DNA of 21,009 bases from Armatimonadota bacterium (GTDB lineage: Bacteria; Armatimonadota; Zipacnadia; Zipacnadales; UBA5352): NCBI GenBank assembly GCA_034722055.1, contig JAYENL010000059.1:1-21009 (forward strand), in the 5' to 3' direction. Below the pieces are notes generated by a model. It made no database searches and was not told the origin of the DNA. It saw only the letters and a program-made list of their open reading frames with translations. Positions 1-8,347 of the stretch are shown in pieces; the first letter of the stretch is position 1; each line of letters opens with the position of its first letter. Both the position numbers and the translations under genes were made by a program.

Positions 1-101
1 ACGAGGCGCTCATAATCGAGCTCCTCATAGATCGGCCCCAGCCCCATGAAGAGCGCGATGATGAGGATCCCTACCACTATCTTCTTCGGTGTATCGCTCA
101 T
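1..101 (-). CDS. 5' end of a membrane-anchored or exported hypothetical protein (runs off the window); possibly a PilG/XapA-like partner of the ABC system
   Basis: ATG at 101 reads MSDTPKKIVVGILIIALFMGLGPIYEELDYERL..., i.e. a basic N-region plus a hydrophobic stretch. Open to the window edge and co-directional with the ABC genes. Confidence 0.6.
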   Translation of the reverse strand, partial: MSDTPKKIVVGILIIALFMGLGPIYEELDYERL

Positions 102-245
102 GAAATCACTCTGTGCTCAGAGCGCGCGCCTGACACGGGCGGTTGCGCTCTGCGTAGTGACATCTCGTGCGAGTCCCATCGGGCTTTGCTGAATCCAGAA
201 GCTCCCGTATTGCCGCGCATCACAACGCTCTGCCTGCCGTCACGC

Positions 246-455
246 TGGAGGGGCCGCCGCGAGCGAAGCAAGCGGGCGAGCTGTGGGGGCGGGAAGAGAC
301 GCGCAGCGTCTCCGGAGAGCGGTGCGTTCCCCGAACGTGCCGCTCAGGTTCCACCCCGGCCCACCGGACAAGTGCCTTGGGCCGGGGTGGAACCTTCGGC
401 CTGTTCGCCGCGCTCACAGGCCTCACCGGGCGCCATGCGCCCGGCGGCCCCTCCA
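246..455. repeat. Multi-hairpin palindromic element (REPIN/MITE-like or structured RNA) closed by a 14-bp inverted repeat
   Basis: TGGAGGGGCCGCCG (246-259) is the exact reverse complement of CGGCGGCCCCTCCA (442-455). Internal hairpins lie at 296-312, 317-345, 346-395 (perfect 18-bp stem), 398-422 and 426-444. Confidence 0.65.
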
Positions 456-566
456 CCAGGCTCCAGGCATCTTCACGAACACCCACCCCGGAGACCGCAC
501 TCGTCGTCAACATGCTTTCACTTCCGCAACCGACGGCAGCAGGCCGAGCCACGCCAACGCGCCGGG

Positions 567-1382
567 CTATACCTCCCGCTGAGAGAAGAACAGGTAGCCC
601 AGCGCCAGGACGATGGTCACGTAGATGGCGCCCATGCCGATGGTGGTGCCCACGTACTTCCACACGACCGGCACGTCGGTGAGGATGGCCTCCCGGACAT
701 CGAACTTCTCGAAGTGCGGCAGGATGCGGTAGACGGTGCCCAGCACGTAGCGTGCGATGGGGCTCGCGCCCGTATCGGGGTCGGCCAGGTGGCCGAAGAA
801 CTCGCTCATCTGGCCCACGAAGTAGACGAAGAAGGTGAAGATGGCCGCCAGGATCCAGGAGAAGATGACGGATGCGACGACCGCGATGCCCATGACCACG
901 GCCAGCTCGAAGAAGCTCAGCAGGATGGCCTTGGCCACGTTCGCGTACATGAACTCCATGCTGTAGGCCGGGCCCTCCTCCGTCGGCTGCGCAAACTGGG
1001 GGGCCTTGATCGCGAAGACAATGTAGAACGTGATCCCCATCAGGAGCACGTTGCTGATGACCGTCGTGAGCCCGCCGAAGAACTTGCCCAGAAGAAACTG
1101 GGTGCGCGTTACCGGCTTTGACAGCAGCGTGTAGATGGTTCGCTTCTCGATCTCATCGGGAATCAGTCGCGTGCCGAGGAAGACCGCGATGAGCATGCCG
1201 AAGAAGCGGATGGAGCCGAGGCCCACGTCGATGAGCATCTTCAGCTCCGCGCCCGGCTGCAGGTATGTGAAGACCCATGACGATCCGATGATCAGGATCG
1301 CAAAGACCAGGATGCCGTTGAGGAAGCGGCGCCGCCAGCTCTCCCAGAACGTGGCGCGCGCCACCCTATAGATCGGTCGCAT
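567..1382 (-). CDS. ABC-2 type transporter permease (PilI/XapB-like)
   Basis: Start re-called at ATG 1382 (MRPIYRVARATFWES) behind GGAGAGG. Multiple TM helices and the motif EIEKRTIYTLLSKPVTRTQFLLGKF. Overlaps the end of the ATPase gene. Confidence 0.88.
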   Translation of the reverse strand: MRPIYRVARATFWESWRRRFLNGILVFAILIIGSSWVFTYLQPGAELKMLIDVGLGSIRFFGMLIAVFLGTRLIPDEIEKRTIYTLLSKPVTRTQFLLGKFFGGLTTVISNVLLMGITFYIVFAIKAPQFAQPTEEGPAYSMEFMYANVAKAILLSFFELAVVMGIAVVASVIFSWILAAIFTFFVYFVGQMSEFFGHLADPDTGASPIARYVLGTVYRILPHFEKFDVREAILTDVPVVWKYVGTTIGMGAIYVTIVLALGYLFFSQREV

Positions 1383-2319
1383 CTGGGGACACCTCTCCCA
1401 CGGCTTCGATGAAGACCTCTTCGAGGGTGCGCCGGTCCGGCCCCACGTCCAGCAGGTAGCCGCCGTCGTCCTCCACCATTGCGGCGGCGTCCATGGCCGG
1501 CTGCCGCTCGCTGAACACAGCCCGGCAGATCTCATCCACCCACACGATCTCGTCGGAGCGCTCCTGCAGCTTCCCCAGCAGCTCCTCGTCCGGGTTCCGG
1601 ATCTCGACCCGGTACTGGTGCCCCTCACCCGCCAGCAGCTCTGTGACGCTGCCCTGGGTGACCTTCTGCCCCCGGTCAAGGATCGCGATGTTGTCACACA
1701 GAGGCTCCATCTCCTTGAGCAGGTGGGAGCACAGGAAGATGGTCTTGCCCTCGTCGCGCAGGCGCACGATCACCCCGCGGATGTCCTTGGCGCCGATGGG
1801 GTCGAGGCCGGCGGTGGGCTCGTCGAAGAACAGCAGGTCCGGGTCGTTGATCAGGGCCTGGGCCACGCCGACGCGCTGGCGCATCCCCCGCGAGTAGTTC
1901 ATCACCCGCATGTCCCGCCGGCTCCACATGCCCACCAGCTCCAGCAGCTCCTGAATGCGCGTCTCGAGGTGTTTGCCGGACATGCCGAAGAGATTCCCGT
2001 ACATGCGCAGCAGCTCGGGTGCGTTGAGGTGCTCGTAGAAGTAGGGGCCCTCGGGGAGGTAGCCGACCCGCTGCTTGCAGCGGGGGCTGCCCAGCGGCTC
2101 GCCGAGCACCTCGCCGCCGCCGGAGGTGGGGAAGATCAGCCCCAGCAGCAGCTTCAGCGTGGTGGTCTTGCCAGAGCCATTGGGCCCCACCAGGCCGTAG
2201 ATCTGCCCCTCCTCCACGGCGAGGCTGAGGTCCCTCACGCCCACCTGCCGGCGACCCCAGCCGAGGTAGTATATCTTCGTCAGATTCTCAGTCCGAATGG
2301 CAAGAGCGATGTCCGCCAC
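1366..2319 (-). CDS. ABC transporter ATP-binding protein (PilH/XapD-like, ABC-2 type)
   Basis: Walker A GPNGSGKT, signature YSRGMRQR, Walker B/D-loop LLFFDEPTAGLD, H-loop CSH. Confidence 0.95.
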   Translation of the reverse strand: MADIALAIRTENLTKIYYLGWGRRQVGVRDLSLAVEEGQIYGLVGPNGSGKTTTLKLLLGLIFPTSGGGEVLGEPLGSPRCKQRVGYLPEGPYFYEHLNAPELLRMYGNLFGMSGKHLETRIQELLELVGMWSRRDMRVMNYSRGMRQRVGVAQALINDPDLLFFDEPTAGLDPIGAKDIRGVIVRLRDEGKTIFLCSHLLKEMEPLCDNIAILDRGQKVTQGSVTELLAGEGHQYRVEIRNPDEELLGKLQERSDEIVWVDEICRAVFSERQPAMDAAAMVEDDGGYLLDVGPDRRTLEEVFIEAVGEVSPDATDL

Positions 2320-2552
2320 CTCCCAAGTACGCAGGCCCGCGTGGCCGCGCGGCCGCCCAGCACGGAGGCCTGCCGCTCGACTTCACAGAATGTAACGCCG
2401 CAGCGGGGACTGCTTGTTCCCGGTCCTGCTTCTTTTTCCGCGCCCACCGGCCCGGTCTGGCGGCGCGGAAGGTCGCGCACCACTATGCGGAGAAGCCATC
2501 TTCGACCACTCGGTGCCGGCTGGCACTGCGATGACCGGAGGGGGAGTAATCG

Positions 2553-3221
2553 GTGTACTGGTCGGACAGCGCGGGGTGTCCCTGTTCCCCCCGGGGAGCG
2601 TGCGTCGCCGGGTCAGCGGGGGGCTTCACGCTGATTGAGATGATCGTGGTGATGGCGATCATCCTGCTTCTGGCGGCGATTCTGCTGCCGGCGCTGGAGA
2701 CGGCGCTGGGCAAGGGTGAGGCCACGTCGTGTCTGGCCAACATGCGGCACCTGGGGATGGCGGTGCGTCTGTATTGCGATGACTACGACGGCCGCATCGT
2801 GCCGGCGCTGCTGCCGCATCCGGCCGCGCCCAAGGGCGTCTGCTGGGACGTCACCATCCAGCCCTACCTGAACAACCGCCTGATCCTGCTGTGTCCCAGC
2901 GACGAGTGCCCCCGCAGGCTCCCAGGCGCGGTGTCCGAGCTGCACAGCTACGGGATCAACCTGGCTCTGGCGCAGGTCGGCGGCTACGTCGGCTCCTCGC
3001 TGATGCTGTCGGAGATCGATGATCCCGTGGGCACCATCCTGCTGTGCGAGCTCAATGGCGAGCGCTTCGCCACGCACGGGGTGGACTACAGCGTCGGCGG
3101 CCTCGAGCGCGTGGCCAAGCGGCGGCACCGTAATGGCAGCAACTACACCTTCGTGGACGGACACGCCAAGTGGCTGCGCGCCGAGCAGACTGTCGAGCCG
3201 GAGCTGATGTGGGACCCGTAG
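2553..3221 (+). CDS. Prepilin-type N-terminal cleavage/methylation protein with DUF1559-like body and C-terminal H-X9-DG motif
   Basis: G|FTLIEMIVVMAIILLLAAILLP class III signal, then SCLANMRHLG, CPSD, SYGIN and H-RNGSNYTFV-DGH. GGAG-rich SD upstream of the GTG start. Confidence 0.92.
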   Translation: MYWSDSAGCPCSPRGACVAGSAGGFTLIEMIVVMAIILLLAAILLPALETALGKGEATSCLANMRHLGMAVRLYCDDYDGRIVPALLPHPAAPKGVCWDVTIQPYLNNRLILLCPSDECPRRLPGAVSELHSYGINLALAQVGGYVGSSLMLSEIDDPVGTILLCELNGERFATHGVDYSVGGLERVAKRRHRNGSNYTFVDGHAKWLRAEQTVEPELMWDP

Positions 3222-3245
3222 GCGCCGCCGGGCACATGCAGGGAG

Positions 3246-4295
3246 ATGCGTATGACATCCCGCGAGCGCATCCTGTGCGCCATCGAGTTAGGGACGCCCG
3301 ACCGGGTTCCCGTGACCCCATGGGGCCTGGGGCGAGTCCCCGAGGACAGCGAGCTGGGCCAGCGCCTGATCCGGGAGACCGACCCCTTCATCGGCTCGGG
3401 GGTGGCCGGCGGCGACTGGTTCCTGGGCACCGCCGCCAGGACCCACACCGAGGAGCGCGACGGCCTGACCTACAGCGTCCTGGAGACGCCGCACGGCGAG
3501 CTCTACGCCCGGCGGCAGCAGACGGAGATCACCTCCGCGCGGGTGGAGTTCTACTGCAAGGGCGCCGATGACGTGCTCAAGGTGCTGGCGATTCCGTATG
3601 AGCCGCCGAAGGTGGATGCGACGCCCTTCCGCCAGCGGAAGGACCAGATCGGCCACGACGGCATGGTGGGCGTGGGGCTGAGCAACCCCGGCGGCATCCC
3701 GCCCATGTACCTGTCGCCGCGCGATTACTCGCTGCTGTGGATCGAGGAGCGCGAGGTGTTCATGGAGCTGGTGCGGGTGGCGGCCGAGCGCTGCTACCAC
3801 TGGGTGGAGGAGTGCTGTCGCCAGGGCGTGGACTGCTTCCGGATCATCGGCGGCGAGTACGCCTCCACGCAGCTCGGGCCGGAGGGCTTCCGGGAGACCA
3901 TGCTGCAGTTCGACCGGCCGCTGGTGGAGATCATGCACGAGCACGGCGCCATCGCCCACTACCACAACCATGGGCCTATGGACAGCTTCCTGGAGATGAT
4001 CGCCGACAGCGGCGTGGACTCGCTCGACCCGCTGGAGGGCCCGCCGTGGGGGGACATCACCCTGGCGGAGGCCAAGGCCCGCATCGGCGACCGCGTCTGC
4101 CTGCTCGGCAACCTCGATGACATGGAGGTCATCGACAAGGTGGACGGGGAGACCATCGAGGAGCTGGCTGCCGAGTGCATCCGCCAGGCCGGCCCGGACG
4201 GGTACCTGCTGGGCGGCACCACCTCGGGGACCTTCACCGAGCACGCCGCCGAGAACTTCATCCGAATGGTCGATGTCTCCAGGCGCATGAGCTGA
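3246..4295 (+). CDS. Uroporphyrinogen decarboxylase (URO-D/MtaA-CmuA-like) family protein
   Basis: N-terminal MTSRERILCAIELGTPDRVP, HYHNHG, DSLDPLE and LAEAKARIGDRVCLLGNLD are typical of this TIM-barrel family. SD GGGAG; alternative ATG at 3252. Confidence 0.85.
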   Translation: MRMTSRERILCAIELGTPDRVPVTPWGLGRVPEDSELGQRLIRETDPFIGSGVAGGDWFLGTAARTHTEERDGLTYSVLETPHGELYARRQQTEITSARVEFYCKGADDVLKVLAIPYEPPKVDATPFRQRKDQIGHDGMVGVGLSNPGGIPPMYLSPRDYSLLWIEEREVFMELVRVAAERCYHWVEECCRQGVDCFRIIGGEYASTQLGPEGFRETMLQFDRPLVEIMHEHGAIAHYHNHGPMDSFLEMIADSGVDSLDPLEGPPWGDITLAEAKARIGDRVCLLGNLDDMEVIDKVDGETIEELAAECIRQAGPDGYLLGGTTSGTFTEHAAENFIRMVDVSRRMS

Positions 4296-4308
4296 AGGGG
4301 AGAGAGCG

Positions 4309-7248
4309 ATGACGAGGGCTGCGGCCGTCCTGAGTCTGCTGCTGTTGACGCTCCAGGTCTGCTCCGCGATGGGCCCGCAAGCGTTCGCACTGGAGGGGCG
4401 CTCCGGCGACCTCGAGTGGGCGGGGGACCTGCCCGAGGACAAGCGGTTCCTGTTCGACAATAGCAGGGCGCATAGTGGCACCTGGTCGCTTCCTGACTGC
4501 CCCGAAGCCCTTGATGTGCCCGCCTACAACGGCTTCGTGGTGGCGGAGACCTTCGAGACCGCGGAGTGGCAGTTCGAGGCCTGGGTGAAGCTGGAGGGCG
4601 AGGGGGAGCTGCACATCTTCTACCCCGCAGACGGCCGCAACGCCATCACGGTCATCGAGAGTCCCACCGATGGCTGGGAGCAGGTCTCGCTGCATCTGCG
4701 CGCCAACCCGCCCGCCTCCGACCACCATCGACTCACCGTCAGCTTCCACGCCACCGGGGCGGCCAGAAGCTGGTGGGATGACATCGAGGCCACGCCCCTG
4801 TACCAGCACCGGATTCCGAGAGTCGCCACGCCGCCGGTCATCGACGGCGACCTCTCGGACCCCTGCTGGAACGAGGAGGCGTCCATCGGCGACCCCTACT
4901 GGCGCATGTACAACAGGCCCCGCGACGCCCGCATGGCCACGGAGGTGTGGTGCTGCTACGACGACCAGAATCTCTACGCCGCCTTCCGCTGTGAGACCCC
5001 GGACGTGGGCGACCTCGTGTCGGATGTCACGGAGCACGACGGCTACGCCTGGCGGGACGACTCCGCGGAGATCTTCTTCGACATCGGCCACGATCACGAT
5101 ACCTACTATGAGTACATCGTCACGCCTGACGAGGTGGTCTTCGACTCCAAGTGGTTCTACGAGGGCGGCCAGTGGCTGACCGACTGGGGCTACATCGGCG
5201 AGTGGCGCACCGCCATCGAGCCCGGCGCCTGGATCGTGGAGATTCGCCTGGCGCTGGAGAGCTACGAGGAGCGCGACCTGCAGGGGAATCCCACCGGCCA
5301 CATGCCGCTGCCGACCGGAGATGTCGCCGGCATCCTGTTCTCCCGCAACGACCGGGTGGTGGGGGAGGGCATGTCGCATGCCGACTGCGTGGGCTCCTTC
5401 CATGAGGTGCATCAGTACGGCCACCTGGTGGGCTTCAGACCCAACCGCACGGAGGCCTATCGCAACACCGCCCTGCGGGAGGTCGAGCGGCTGGAGGCGT
5501 GCTGGCGGCGGATGCATCACAGTGCAGGCGAGCCGGCGCCCATCGAGGCGGAGCCGTGCGAGTGGGGCACCGCCGGGCTGCCGGAGGCGATCGCCGAGTT
5601 GCGTGACCGCATCGAGGCGCCCGCGCCCGAGTTCGATGAGTGGGCGGCGATCCGCGAGGAGATCGCGACGCTCGACGACTGGCTCAACCATGCGCGCGTG
5701 CTGCTGGCGCCGATGATCGCGCAGCACCGCTGGCCTGATGCCCCGTGGGGGATCGCAGTGGACTCGCCCATGAGCGGCGGCCTGACCCCGACCCGCGACG
5801 TGCCGGAGCTGATCGAGCTCTCCGCGGCCCGCGGCGAGACGGAGCCGGTGCAGCTTGTGTTGATGGCAGACACCGCGCCGGGGGGCGCTGTGTCGGTCCA
5901 GCCCTCGCCCCTGCATGGCCCGCACGCCGTCATCCCGGCGTCGCGGGTCCGCTGGTACTCGATCGACGAGGAGCGCCTCATGCCGGAGCAGCCCGTGCGC
6001 CTCGAGGACATGGGCGGCATCTGGTGGGAGATCCAGGTCCCGTACGACGCAGAGCCTGGGGTCTACCGCGGCGAGATCGCCACCACGGATGGAGAGCACG
6101 AGGTCGCGCTGCCGGTGGAGCTGACGGTGCACGACTTCACGTTGCCTGAGACACCGTCGCTGGCCCTGTCGGCGGCATTCGACCCCCAGCATGTCGCCGA
6201 GCAGTGGCACGGCGAGCGGTCCCCGTTGGGCTCGGGGGAGTACTGGCCCTTCGCGGAGCTGCTCCTGCGCCACCGGGTCATGCCCCGCGAGATGCTGGCG
6301 GACCTGACGCGGTGGGGCGATGGCGACACCGACTTCGACACGGCGGATCGGATGCTGGAGCGGGCGCGGGAGCGGCGCATCCGCATGGACGCGCTGATCG
6401 CGGCGCGGCCCGCGCATCTGCTGGAACTGGGGAACCCCGGGACTGCCCTGCGCAGGGCGCTGCGGCACTGGGAGAGGCTGACGGACGTCTGGATCCTGCC
6501 CATGTACGCGGCCCAGGAGGCCCAGCTTCCGGAGGGCATTCGCCCGGTCGATCTGCAACGCAGCGTGGCGGCGGCCGACTGGTGGCCGCTCGGCACTGAG
6601 ACGCCACCGGCTCCGGCAGCGCTGGGAGTGTGGGCGGTGCCGCCGGATGTCGCGGTGGGACTGGGCGGCGACACTGCGCTGGGGTCGTCCTTCGGCGCCG
6701 AGATGGCGCGCCGGGTCAGCGAGCTTGACAAGTCCACGGCCTGGCGTGTGGGAGACGCCTGGAGCGGGGTTTCCGACCCGAAGCCGGTGGACATGCGCAT
6801 GCTGGGCTGGCTGGCGGACGACTACGGCGTGGGGAGGGTCTTCTGGGATGCCGCGGACGCGGAGGACCTCTGCGCCTCCGGCCTGCTTGTGTGCGGGACG
6901 GAGGAGGAGCGGCTGCTCGAGCCAGCCCCGACGGTGACGCTGAAGATGCTGCGGGACGCCGTGGAGGACTATGAGTACCTGCGCATCCTCAAGCAGCTCA
7001 ACGGGCGCCTGGGGAGGCATCGCGTCGGGAGCAAGCTGTGGCGCCTGCAGCTTGCCAACAGCACGCTGACCGGCCGCAACCGGGACATGGTCATGAACGT
7101 GCGCTCCTACAACCGCGACCCGGAGCATCTCGTGCGCCGCCGGGAGCGGATCGCCAGGCAGATCGAGCGCACGCGGCAGTGGCTGCGGACCTTCGGTGAG
7201 GAAGGGCCGCTGCCCGGCGATCCAGAGGGCGTCGAGCCACCGGCGTGA
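4309..7248 (+). CDS. Secreted multidomain carbohydrate-active-like protein (CBM-like + CBM9-like + GH123/DUF4091-like)
   Basis: Signal peptide. CBM9-like motifs PVIDGDLSDPCW, YDDQNLYAAF, WRDDSAEIFFD. GH123-like motifs AARGETEPVQL and PGVYRGEI...LTVHDFTLP. DUF4091-like LRDAVEDYEYL. Confidence 0.75.
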   Translation: MTRAAAVLSLLLLTLQVCSAMGPQAFALEGRSGDLEWAGDLPEDKRFLFDNSRAHSGTWSLPDCPEALDVPAYNGFVVAETFETAEWQFEAWVKLEGEGELHIFYPADGRNAITVIESPTDGWEQVSLHLRANPPASDHHRLTVSFHATGAARSWWDDIEATPLYQHRIPRVATPPVIDGDLSDPCWNEEASIGDPYWRMYNRPRDARMATEVWCCYDDQNLYAAFRCETPDVGDLVSDVTEHDGYAWRDDSAEIFFDIGHDHDTYYEYIVTPDEVVFDSKWFYEGGQWLTDWGYIGEWRTAIEPGAWIVEIRLALESYEERDLQGNPTGHMPLPTGDVAGILFSRNDRVVGEGMSHADCVGSFHEVHQYGHLVGFRPNRTEAYRNTALREVERLEACWRRMHHSAGEPAPIEAEPCEWGTAGLPEAIAELRDRIEAPAPEFDEWAAIREEIATLDDWLNHARVLLAPMIAQHRWPDAPWGIAVDSPMSGGLTPTRDVPELIELSAARGETEPVQLVLMADTAPGGAVSVQPSPLHGPHAVIPASRVRWYSIDEERLMPEQPVRLEDMGGIWWEIQVPYDAEPGVYRGEIATTDGEHEVALPVELTVHDFTLPETPSLALSAAFDPQHVAEQWHGERSPLGSGEYWPFAELLLRHRVMPREMLADLTRWGDGDTDFDTADRMLERARERRIRMDALIAARPAHLLELGNPGTALRRALRHWERLTDVWILPMYAAQEAQLPEGIRPVDLQRSVAAADWWPLGTETPPAPAALGVWAVPPDVAVGLGGDTALGSSFGAEMARRVSELDKSTAWRVGDAWSGVSDPKPVDMRMLGWLADDYGVGRVFWDAADAEDLCASGLLVCGTEEERLLEPAPTVTLKMLRDAVEDYEYLRILKQLNGRLGRHRVGSKLWRLQLANSTLTGRNRDMVMNVRSYNRDPEHLVRRRERIARQIERTRQWLRTFGEEGPLPGDPEGVEPPA

Positions 7249-7325
7249 AGGACCTGCCCGCGGCGTCGGCGAACTACCTGACTGCAGGAGCCGCGGAGGC
7301 ACACCACAGCGAACGGGTGCATGGC

Positions 7326-8297
7326 ATGAGCGATGTAGTCTGCGTCGGGATCATCGTGGCGGACGTCTGGGGTCGGCCCATCGATGACCAGCCCGAACAC
7401 GGGCGGCTGATGCTCGTCGATGAGATGGGTATCGGCATCGGAGGCTGCGCGGCGAACGCCGGGATCGGGCTCGCCAAGATGGGCGTGGACACCGCCATCA
7501 TGGGGAAGGTGGGGGACGACGGCTTCGGCCGCTTCCTGCGCGAGGCCATGCAGGAGGAGGGCATCGACACCAGCGGGATCAGGGTGAGCGAGGAGAAGGG
7601 CACCTCCGCCACCATGATCATGATCGACAGCCAGGGGGAGCGGACCTTCATGCACTGCATCGGCGCCAACGCCACCATGCGCCCCCAGGACATCGATATG
7701 CGCCAGGTGGCGGCGGCGGAGATATTCCACTTCGCGGGCGCCCTGGTCATGCCAGGCTTCGACGGCCCCCCTGCCGCCAGCGTCATGAAGGCCGCACAGG
7801 AGGCGGGAACCACCACGGCGCTGGACGTGGTGTGGGATGATACCGGCCGGTGGATGGAGCTGCTGGAGCCGGTGCTGCCATACACTGACATCTTCCTGCC
7901 CAGCCTGGCGGAGGCGGTGGAGATTACTGGAGAGACCGACCCCGGGGCCGTGGCCGAGGTGCTCATGGATCACGGCGTGAAGACGGTGGGGCTGAAGATG
8001 GGCGAGGAGGGCTGCTACGTCCGCACGGCCGACCACGAGATCCGGGCCCCCGCCTACGACGTGGAGGTTATCGACGGCACCGGCTCCGGCGACGCCTTCG
8101 TGGCCGGATTTCTGCTGGGCAGCCTGGCCGGCTGGGAGCTGGAGGACGTGGCGCACTTCGCCAACGCCGTCGGCGCCCTGTGCGTCACGGCGCCGGGTAC
8201 CACCACCGGCCTCAGGGACTTCGAGGGCACCATTGATTTCCTGGTTGAGCGCGAGGGGGAGCGCTGGCGCGAGCTTGCCGGGCAGGTGAATCTGTGA
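7326..8297 (+). CDS. PfkB-family carbohydrate kinase
   Basis: GGCAANAGIGLAKMG, GKVGDDGFG and the C-terminal signature DGTGSGDAF. Start re-called at ATG 7326 (MSDVVCVG); the ORF extends to 7245. Confidence 0.93.
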   Translation: MSDVVCVGIIVADVWGRPIDDQPEHGRLMLVDEMGIGIGGCAANAGIGLAKMGVDTAIMGKVGDDGFGRFLREAMQEEGIDTSGIRVSEEKGTSATMIMIDSQGERTFMHCIGANATMRPQDIDMRQVAAAEIFHFAGALVMPGFDGPPAASVMKAAQEAGTTTALDVVWDDTGRWMELLEPVLPYTDIFLPSLAEAVEITGETDPGAVAEVLMDHGVKTVGLKMGEEGCYVRTADHEIRAPAYDVEVIDGTGSGDAFVAGFLLGSLAGWELEDVAHFANAVGALCVTAPGTTTGLRDFEGTIDFLVEREGERWRELAGQVNL

Positions 8298-8347
8298 GCC
8301 AGCCTCAACCGGGCGTGGGCCGGACGCCCACGAGAGGGGTTCCGACC

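Noticed and set aside
247..458. tmRNA or tRNA-like gene (ends ...CCCCTCCACCA and pairs with GGAGGGGCC)
   Set aside because: No TTCGA T-loop, no 5' GGxTTCGAC motif and no tag reading frame; the size does not fit. RNase P and SRP signatures were not seen either.
1383..1697. N-terminal extension of the permease given by the ORF track
   Set aside because: It overlaps the ATPase gene in another frame; the SD and family-like sequence begin at 1382.
2431..2470. Intrinsic terminator in the divergent gap
   Set aside because: A 9-bp stem exists, but the T-run precedes it on + and no U-tract follows on either strand; no gene ends here.
2521..2536. Sigma54 promoter (TGGCAC) upstream of the pilin-like gene
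   Set aside because: The -12 element reads TGAC instead of TTGC, so the conserved GC is missing.
4258..7302. 1014-aa antisense ORF
   Set aside because: Mirror of the 979-aa gene; stop-poor antisense frames are expected at this GC content, and it has no recognisable motifs.
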